DNA of 64,000 nt. Source: a virus. The stretch is from the IMG/VR virus record IMGVR_UViG_3300017728_002360; one strand, 5' to 3'. Shown in pieces: positions 57,409 to 64,000 of this stretch. Numbering within the stretch: the stretch's first letter is position 1; the number at the start of each line of letters is the position of its first letter. The position numbers were made by a program, and so were the translations under genes. The notes under the pieces were generated by a model that had not been told where the DNA came from, did no database searches, and saw nothing but the letters and a program-made list of their open reading frames with translations.

Positions 57409-57729
57409 ATGGCCACAGGAAGATTAGGACACGCAGATTTGGCGGCGGCTACAGATACTTCTCTTTACACTTGTCCAACTAACACTTTTTCAATTGTTAC
57501 TTGTTCAATATGTAACAGAGGGAATGCGGCTGTGTCAGTTAGAATTGCGGTTGCTAGTGCGGGAACACCCGTAAACAGCGAATACATTGAGTATGATGTA
57601 GAGTTGTTACCCAAAGGGGTATTAGAAAGATCAGGTATTGCATTGGCGGCAGGGCAAATACTTGTAGTATACTCGAGTGCCGTTAACGTAAGTGCTGTAG
57701 CGATGGGCATTGAAACATCAACAGCATAG
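57409..57729 (+). CDS. Small beta-sandwich virion protein (paralog of 40822 and 44989)
   Basis: LYTCPTNTFSIVTCSICN...GVLERSGIALAAGQ. Confidence 0.7.
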   Translation: MATGRLGHADLAAATDTSLYTCPTNTFSIVTCSICNRGNAAVSVRIAVASAGTPVNSEYIEYDVELLPKGVLERSGIALAAGQILVVYSSAVNVSAVAMGIETSTA

Positions 57730-57753
57730 ATAAATACATAAAAGGAAGATAAA

Positions 57754-58086
57754 ATGGGAAGATATATATCAACAACTGGAACTGCAAGTAGTGTTATCCG
57801 TAACGTAAGTACTACTTTCACTGCCACGGTTAATGATCGTATTCTTGCTAACTCATCAGGTGGAGCATTTACAGTGACTCTACCATTAAACAGTTCTTTA
57901 CTGGTTAATGATGTAGTTCAAATCGTCGACGTAACGGGTTCGTTTAACACAAACAACGTAACATTAAGTCGTAACGGTAGTAAGATTCAGAATTTAAGCG
58001 AGGACTTGGTGCTAGACATTAACAATATTGCGGTTACAATGATTTATACTGGATCAACCTACGGTTGGATTATTTCAGGAACGTAA
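57754..58086 (+). CDS. Fibre-associated protein
   Basis: NSSGGAFTVTLP...VQIVDVTGSFNTNNVTLSRNGSKI...DLVLD...YGW, a motif recurrent in T4-like fibre proteins. Confidence 0.7.
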   Translation: MGRYISTTGTASSVIRNVSTTFTATVNDRILANSSGGAFTVTLPLNSSLLVNDVVQIVDVTGSFNTNNVTLSRNGSKIQNLSEDLVLDINNIAVTMIYTGSTYGWIISGT

Positions 58087-58101
58087 GAGAGGAAACAAAT
58101 T

Positions 58102-58842
58102 ATGGCAAACCTCAGAGTATTAATGGGAGACCAAATAGAAGGTGCTTCAGTACCAACGAAGTTTTACTACGTCTATAATAATAATAGAGGTATTAACAAC
58201 GGTGGCTGTTGCTGTCTATGGACTGTACCAGCGTCAATTAAGAATGTGACGTTTGAATTATGGGGCGCAGGAGCGGCGGGAGCCGGTGCTTGTTGCTGTA
58301 TGTGGAGTTCACAAAACGCAGGCGGTGGATCTTATTCAATAAGATCAGTGAACACTACACCAGGATGCCAATATACAATTTGTGCGGCAGGTAACGGAAA
58401 CTGTTGCGAAAGAGATTGCTTGGGATATGATGGATCAACTTCATTTGTAAGTGGTTCAGGTATTTCAACAACGTGTGCTAGAGGTGGATGTACAGGAAGA
58501 ACAAACTGTCATGCTCACTATGCCTACAACTGTTGCTTTGGTTGTTCTTGTATTTCAGGAGGAACACAAGGTGACTTTAGATTAGGACACTCTAGAAACG
58601 CACCACTACATACACATTATTGTCACAACCAAATGTGGGATTATGTAAGTGGACCACCAAAAGGTGGAATGACTAGACACGGCAAAGATTACTGCGGTAA
58701 GCCGATGACGTGTTCGGGTTGTGGATGGGGATGTGCTCAACCATATCCAGGAGACGGAGGCTTTAACGGAACATCATGCGGTGGTGGTTGCTGTTGGGGT
58801 CACTGGGGTTCTGGAGGAATGGTAAAAGTATCATACAGTTAA
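58102..58842 (+). CDS. Cys/Gly-rich protein A (26 Cys in 246 aa)
   Basis: GCCCLWTVP...FELWGAGAAG...CCC...PGDGG...GSGGMVKVSY. Confidence 0.8.
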   Translation: MANLRVLMGDQIEGASVPTKFYYVYNNNRGINNGGCCCLWTVPASIKNVTFELWGAGAAGAGACCCMWSSQNAGGGSYSIRSVNTTPGCQYTICAAGNGNCCERDCLGYDGSTSFVSGSGISTTCARGGCTGRTNCHAHYAYNCCFGCSCISGGTQGDFRLGHSRNAPLHTHYCHNQMWDYVSGPPKGGMTRHGKDYCGKPMTCSGCGWGCAQPYPGDGGFNGTSCGGGCCWGHWGSGGMVKVSYS

Positions 58843-58874
58843 ACATATGACTAAATACAAAGGAAGAAGATAAA

Positions 58875-59570
58875 ATGGCTACAGAAATTACAAAAACATT
58901 TACATATGATATCCCCGACGAGTATTTGGCTCAAACAAACTCGAACGGAGATACCGCTACAGCATCATATACAGGACCAGACAAATTGTATGTGTTCGTA
59001 GATGAAGCAACAAACAAGAATACAGACGCTCAACAACCACCTGATGAAGATTTTCATTACAATCCAAGTACAGATACAGCACCAGACGGTGAACGTATTG
59101 TAGAACTTGATTGTGCAGGTGCAGATACTTTAATGTGTGCTATATTTTTACCACACGCAGTAACTATTGCACAAGAGCAAGTAACAGTTGCACTACCAAC
59201 AGGTTATGGAAACTATCAGAATCCGTGGCCACCATATCCAGATCACGCATATGAGAGAACACTTTCTACTCATGATATAGGAACTGGTGATTGGACATTG
59301 ACATGGAAACAACCATGGCAAACTTGGGCAACATTGATTACGTTAAGAAACGATCGTCTAGATGCAACTGATTCAAAAGTTGCTAGTGATTCACCGGATG
59401 CTATTAAGCAACCGTGGATCGACTTTAGACAAAAATTAAGAGATATTCCGGTTACATGGAAAAAAGGTGAATCAGATGAGTATCCAGCACACATGGTTAA
59501 GTTTCCAGAAGAACCAGTTGTGGGCGGATTTGCTGAACCACCCGCTGACGATGGCGTAGGAATAGGATAA
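58875..59570 (+). CDS. Tail-fibre-assembly (Tfa-like) chaperone domain protein 1
   Basis: C-terminal RNDRLDATD...PWIDFRQKLRDIP. Confidence 0.7.
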   Translation: MATEITKTFTYDIPDEYLAQTNSNGDTATASYTGPDKLYVFVDEATNKNTDAQQPPDEDFHYNPSTDTAPDGERIVELDCAGADTLMCAIFLPHAVTIAQEQVTVALPTGYGNYQNPWPPYPDHAYERTLSTHDIGTGDWTLTWKQPWQTWATLITLRNDRLDATDSKVASDSPDAIKQPWIDFRQKLRDIPVTWKKGESDEYPAHMVKFPEEPVVGGFAEPPADDGVGIG

Positions 59571-59585
59571 TAGGAGAGTAAACTA

Positions 59586-60356
59586 ATGTCTGCATTAAGA
59601 TCTTTACTTCAACTAGGGGGCAACGAAACGGCATTGTCGTTACGTACTGTGTATGTCTATCATACTAGTATGGATACAACACGTAATAGTAACCCAGGTT
59701 GCTGTTGTTTATGGACAGCATCATCAGATGTGAAGTGGGCGGCTTTTGAGACATGGGGAGCAGGCGGAGACGGCGGCGGAGGCTGTTGTTGTATGGCTGG
59801 ATTCCCTGGAGGTTCAGGATCCTACGGAAGAAAAATTGCAGAAATTACACCAGGTGCAGGATTTACCTTATGTGCAGGATCGGCGGGTTGCTGTCGTCCA
59901 GTAATGGGTTGTACAGGTTGTGGTAGTTATGCTTGTTCAGGTACTGGTTGCTGTGACGGAAGTTACTTCTGTTTATGCTCATCAGGAGGTGGATATGGTT
60001 GTGCTACTTGCGGATTTGGAACTGCATGGGGCGGACATTGTGGATGTCCTAACTACGTATGTGGTTGTGTAAAAGGAGCAGATTTTAGTATTTGTGGATT
60101 CAACGGTGGTGGAGCAGGAACATCTATGTGTTCTAGTTCATCATGGGAGAACATGACATCAGCACCATACGGCGGACAAAGTGCTAGAATGTCAAGAGAT
60201 AATTGTTATAAAACACACGGTCGTGATAGTGACGGACCAGCTGACTTCCCAGGAGGAGGCGGTGGTACACTACACACTCATAACGGTACTTGTTACTGTG
60301 GTGGACCGGGAGCAGGCGGATTAGTAGTAGTTTACTATCAATCCGACATAGGATAA
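59586..60356 (+). CDS. Cys/Gly-rich protein B (27 Cys in 256 aa)
   Basis: GCCCLWT...FETWGAGGDGGGGCCC...FPGGGG...GAGGLVVVYY. Confidence 0.8.
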   Translation: MSALRSLLQLGGNETALSLRTVYVYHTSMDTTRNSNPGCCCLWTASSDVKWAAFETWGAGGDGGGGCCCMAGFPGGSGSYGRKIAEITPGAGFTLCAGSAGCCRPVMGCTGCGSYACSGTGCCDGSYFCLCSSGGGYGCATCGFGTAWGGHCGCPNYVCGCVKGADFSICGFNGGGAGTSMCSSSSWENMTSAPYGGQSARMSRDNCYKTHGRDSDGPADFPGGGGGTLHTHNGTCYCGGPGAGGLVVVYYQSDIG

Positions 60357-60369
60357 GGGGAGTATATAA

Positions 60370-61170
60370 ATGGCAAGTTTAAGATCTTTTGTACCAGGCT
60401 ATGATACAGGCGTTAAGGCTCCTCAAGCATTTACAGTAAGTTATGCTTGGAATTATGACCATAACGAAGCATGGCCAAGACAAGCTAGAGGCGTACCACC
60501 AAGTTCAAGATTTTGTTGTAATAACAACGGTGGAAAATGTTGCTTATTTACAATTCCTTCAGGAAGTAGTTTTGCAGTATTTGAAATGTGGGGCGGTGGA
60601 GCATCAGGCGTAGGCGGATGTTGCTGTATGCAAGGTATGCCAGCTGACTCAGGTGGATATGCTATTAAATCAACAAACGTAACAGCAGGTGATCAATTCA
60701 CAATTTGTGCAGGTAGATCAGGATGTTGTTTATATGCAGGTAATAACTATGCAGGACATAACAGCTTTGTTATGGGAACACCAACAGGTGCTTCATGTTT
60801 CTGTGCAGTAGCTTGTGGTGGATACTGTAGTAACTGTACTCACTGTCATGGTTACTTTAGTTGTTATGGTTGCTGTATGAACTGTTACAACTGTCAAATT
60901 CAACCTAATAACGTTGACTTTGGTATTGCAAGTTACACAGGTTCTTCACAAAGATCACAGCATTGTGGAGACAGAGGACTACAATTTACACCGGTTGCGC
61001 CAATGGCACAATCAGGACCAAGAATAGGACCAAACGGTTGTTGTACACGTGGAGGTGACCAATTTGGATCATGGCCAGGTGGAGGTGGAGTACACGGATC
61101 ACCATACGGTGGTGGATGTTGTTGTGGATCACCAGGTGCCGAAGGTGCTGTTTATGTGGTATACTACTAG
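60370..61170 (+). CDS. Cys/Gly-rich protein C (27 Cys in 266 aa)
   Basis: GKCCLFTIP...FEMWGGGASG...CCC...WPGGGG...GAEGAVYVVY. Confidence 0.8.
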   Translation: MASLRSFVPGYDTGVKAPQAFTVSYAWNYDHNEAWPRQARGVPPSSRFCCNNNGGKCCLFTIPSGSSFAVFEMWGGGASGVGGCCCMQGMPADSGGYAIKSTNVTAGDQFTICAGRSGCCLYAGNNYAGHNSFVMGTPTGASCFCAVACGGYCSNCTHCHGYFSCYGCCMNCYNCQIQPNNVDFGIASYTGSSQRSQHCGDRGLQFTPVAPMAQSGPRIGPNGCCTRGGDQFGSWPGGGGVHGSPYGGGCCCGSPGAEGAVYVVYY

Positions 61171-61179
61171 GATATAATT

Positions 61180-62640
61180 ATGGGACACGGATTAGACGCA
61201 GTAAATAGAAGAAACGAAATTGAAGTTCAGTTTTCATATGATATGCCCGATGCATATTTGTATACAACTTCTAAAGAAGGTAAAGTAGGTCAATGGACTT
61301 ATAAAGGCCCAGAAAAAATGTGGGTGTTTATGAGAAAAGTAGACAACAAACGTTCAGGAGAAGTTAGATACTCATACGAAGTTGAAGAAGGTTTTGTACC
61401 ATCAGCACATGAGTACATGGTTCTAGTTGACTGTAAAGAAAATCCATTACTATGTGAGCTTATGGAAGTACACCAAGACACATTATTCTTGGAAGGTAGA
61501 GAACACGTAACAGAAACATTACCACAAAAAGATATTAATGGTAATTACTTTAAGCATATTGAGCCTAAAGTTCCTACACCAGATCACACATACGATAGAG
61601 ATGAAATTGTTTATGATCCGGTTGCAAAAGCATGGCCTACAAAATTTCCTTTTATTAAGCCACACACAGGTTGGGCTGAAATTAAAAAAGTACGTTGGTC
61701 ACAACTATCATGGTCAGACTCACACTTATCAGATGATATGCCAGAGAGTTTAGCAAATAACTGGAAACAGTTTAGACAAGAATTAAGAGATTTACCAGAA
61801 ATTTATGGTGCTTGTTGGACACCTACTATCACAGCAGGTGGAACAGGTTACTCAGTAGGCGATCACTTATTAGTTGATGCTACTGTATTAGGTTATTCAA
61901 ATGATCAAATAGGAACATTAGATGACTTATCAACACCAATGGGACAAAGACCAGGTTTTGATTTTGAAGCAGATCCAAATGATGGAGAAGCATGGAAACC
62001 AGATGCAACAGTTGATACTGCTAGTGGTTCATTAGACGTAAACATTATTGTTACAAGCATTGGACAAGACGGTGCTATTACTGGTGTTAGAACACGTAAC
62101 GCCTTTAATGCTCGACACATGAAAGAAGCAAAAGTTATTAACAATGTAGCATATACTATTGTTAAAACAGGTGACAGTTCTACTACAGGAACAGGTGCTA
62201 CATTTAAATTAGAAAAGAAAGTACGTATTGATCCTTGGAAAGTTAGAATTCCACAATCACCAAAAGCTAAACAACCAGGTATTTGGGGCGAAAGCGATCA
62301 GTTCCCAGGACAAACTGGACGTTATGGTGCGGTTGTAAACGGTATGGACGCATCAACTACATTAGGTGATAACGTTCCAGATGGTACAGATGCTAATAAC
62401 AGAGACAATCCAGCAGATGGTTGGCTAATGGAACACACATATCACCCTTCAACAGGACATATGATTCCACCAGAAATGGATGGACACTACTTTGGTACAG
62501 ACCTAGCTAGATTAGGATTAAGCACAGACGGTACTCCATTCGACGATGGTGTAGCTGACGGCTTACCTGCGGCGCCTACAGACGCTAAAGGCAAGACTAG
62601 AATAGCTGGAACTATCACAGCCAGAAAACAAACTTCCTAA
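61180..62640 (+). CDS. Tfa-like chaperone domain protein 2 with C-terminal extension
   Basis: N-terminal ~210 aa are paralogous to 58875 (FSYDMPDAYL, YKGPEK, PTPDHTY, WKQFRQELRDLP). Confidence 0.7.
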   Translation: MGHGLDAVNRRNEIEVQFSYDMPDAYLYTTSKEGKVGQWTYKGPEKMWVFMRKVDNKRSGEVRYSYEVEEGFVPSAHEYMVLVDCKENPLLCELMEVHQDTLFLEGREHVTETLPQKDINGNYFKHIEPKVPTPDHTYDRDEIVYDPVAKAWPTKFPFIKPHTGWAEIKKVRWSQLSWSDSHLSDDMPESLANNWKQFRQELRDLPEIYGACWTPTITAGGTGYSVGDHLLVDATVLGYSNDQIGTLDDLSTPMGQRPGFDFEADPNDGEAWKPDATVDTASGSLDVNIIVTSIGQDGAITGVRTRNAFNARHMKEAKVINNVAYTIVKTGDSSTTGTGATFKLEKKVRIDPWKVRIPQSPKAKQPGIWGESDQFPGQTGRYGAVVNGMDASTTLGDNVPDGTDANNRDNPADGWLMEHTYHPSTGHMIPPEMDGHYFGTDLARLGLSTDGTPFDDGVADGLPAAPTDAKGKTRIAGTITARKQTS

Positions 62641-62713
62641 TATAATTCCTTTTAAATAACTGTATAATGCTTGTTATATAAGCATGAATTACGCACAGTT
62701 AAAAGGATGATAA

Positions 62714-63691
62714 ATGACAACAGATAAAAGAAGTTCAGCTATTTTTATTAATGGCGGTGCCGGTCGTGTGATAGCATCTATCCCTGCTCTAGAAAAGTTT
62801 CAAGAAGAAAACCCAGATGATAACTTTGTTGTTGTTTGTGAAGGAGGTACTGATTTCTTTAAAGGTCATCCTACTTTATATGCTAGAGTATATGATCATT
62901 GGCACAAAGGTTTATTTACAGATAAGTTAAAAGAACGTGAATTGATTACACCAGAGCCTTACAGGGTTTGGGAGTATTATAATCAGTTATGTAGTATTGC
63001 TCAAGCATATGATATTGCAATCAATAAAAAAGGTTTACGTGAACTACACAAACCTAAAATTAAGTTAAACAAAGAAGAAATGATCTTTGGTAAAAAACTT
63101 GTTGATGAAGTTAGAGAAAAAACTAAAAAAGACAAGGTAGTAGTATTCCAACCATTTGGTAGAACAACACAACACGAAAACGGTATGATTTCAGACTACA
63201 GTGGTAGAAGTTTTGAAGCTGAAAATTCAGTTAATATTGTTAAAAAACTTTCTAAAAAATATGGCGTAATTCATATGGCAGAGTTTGGCATTGACTTTTC
63301 TAAACACAAAGTAAAAGAAGCAGTAGCAAGTCCTATGGGTGCAGACCTTAGACATTGGGCTGGCATTATTGCAAATGCAGATTACTTCTTAGGTTGTGAT
63401 AGTTCAGGACAACACATGGTCCATGCACTAGATAAAAAATGTACAGTAGTAATTGGATCAACTTTTCCTGTTAACGTTTCTTATCCAGGTGATGAAAACT
63501 TTGATATTTTAGATATGGGTGCAGGTGCAAGAACTTACAGTCCAATTAGAGTTACACATGATGAGTTTTCAGATAGAACCAATGATGGTGTTATGGCAAT
63601 GAACGATAAAGTTGAAGATATTATTGTTGAGTCAGTTACTAACGGACTTAAAGGCGGACCTAAACTAGGACCTAAATACCAAGAAGAATAA
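62714..63691 (+). CDS. Glycosyltransferase, GT9/heptosyltransferase-like
   Basis: GGAGRVIASIPAL, VVFQPFG and LRHWAGIIANADYFLGCDSSGQHM. Confidence 0.75.
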   Translation: MTTDKRSSAIFINGGAGRVIASIPALEKFQEENPDDNFVVVCEGGTDFFKGHPTLYARVYDHWHKGLFTDKLKERELITPEPYRVWEYYNQLCSIAQAYDIAINKKGLRELHKPKIKLNKEEMIFGKKLVDEVREKTKKDKVVVFQPFGRTTQHENGMISDYSGRSFEAENSVNIVKKLSKKYGVIHMAEFGIDFSKHKVKEAVASPMGADLRHWAGIIANADYFLGCDSSGQHMVHALDKKCTVVIGSTFPVNVSYPGDENFDILDMGAGARTYSPIRVTHDEFSDRTNDGVMAMNDKVEDIIVESVTNGLKGGPKLGPKYQEE

Positions 63692-63692
63692 G

Positions 63693-64000
63693 ATGGATAG
63701 GCTGTATACATTCGGCTGTTCATATACATCTTGGAACTGGCCTACATGGGCAGACATCATGAGCCTCGAAGCAAACTATTACGAGAATTGGGGTCATGCT
63801 GGTTTAGGTAATCGTGCTATTGCTGAACGTGTAGCAGAATGTAACATAAAAAATAAATTCAATCACAAAGATCAAGTTGTAGTACAATGGACTAGTCATC
63901 TAAGACACGACTGGTTAAACTTTAAACACAAAGAACCTTGGCAAACAAAAGGAAGTATGTTCAGTTATCAGAACGAAGAACTATATGATAAAAAATGGAT
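63693..64000 (+). CDS. Partial ORF, SGNH-hydrolase-like (runs off the right edge)
   Basis: Not in the ORF track. Reads MDRLYTFGCSYTSWNWPTWAD...NWGHAGLGNRAI...VVVQWTSHLRHD. Confidence 0.7.
   Translation, partial: MDRLYTFGCSYTSWNWPTWADIMSLEANYYENWGHAGLGNRAIAERVAECNIKNKFNHKDQVVVQWTSHLRHDWLNFKHKEPWQTKGSMFSYQNEELYDKKW

Noticed and set aside
60835-60849. CxxCH (CTHCH) heme-c motif in Cys-rich protein C
   Set aside because: Expected by chance at 10% Cys, absent from the two paralogs, and there is no export signal.
1-64000. tRNA, rRNA, integrase/transposase, reverse transcriptase or DGR elements, and stop-codon recoding
   Set aside because: None recognised. Genes are intact under the standard code and end in TAA, TAG or TGA.

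Overview
This window is an AT-rich segment of a large T4-like myophage genome, probably aquatic or marine; the host cannot be read from the sequence. It holds the morphogenesis region. From left to right: (1) a minus-strand baseplate operon, including a >2,770-codon ORF missing from the ORF track; (2) sigma70-promoter-driven gp55-like sigma, gp47/gp46 and a short GIY-YIG nuclease, followed by a ~420-nt highly structured non-coding region; (3) putative head-internal proteins; (4) a gp26/gp51-like pair joined by an apparent -1 frameshift signal; (5) a three-gene modification-enzyme islet; (6) tape measure, portal, prohead core, protease, scaffold and major capsid genes; (7) an RNA-dense intergenic block with a glutamine (glnA-type) riboswitch, a promoter-defined ~216-nt sRNA candidate and a structured leader; (8) a long fibre/appendage cluster with two giant paralogous proteins, three Cys/Gly-rich paralogs, two Tfa-like chaperones, and glycosyltransferase and SGNH-like genes. 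The most notable observations are the GIY-YIG plus pseudoknotted RNA locus, the orphan sRNA, the late-promoter-linked glutamine riboswitch, the gp26-gp51 frameshift, phycobiliprotein-like C-x-R-D...GG repeats in a fibre protein, and a fixed-spacing TACGYAG-N14-TAAATA promoter element. All calls come from reading motifs by eye; no searches were run.
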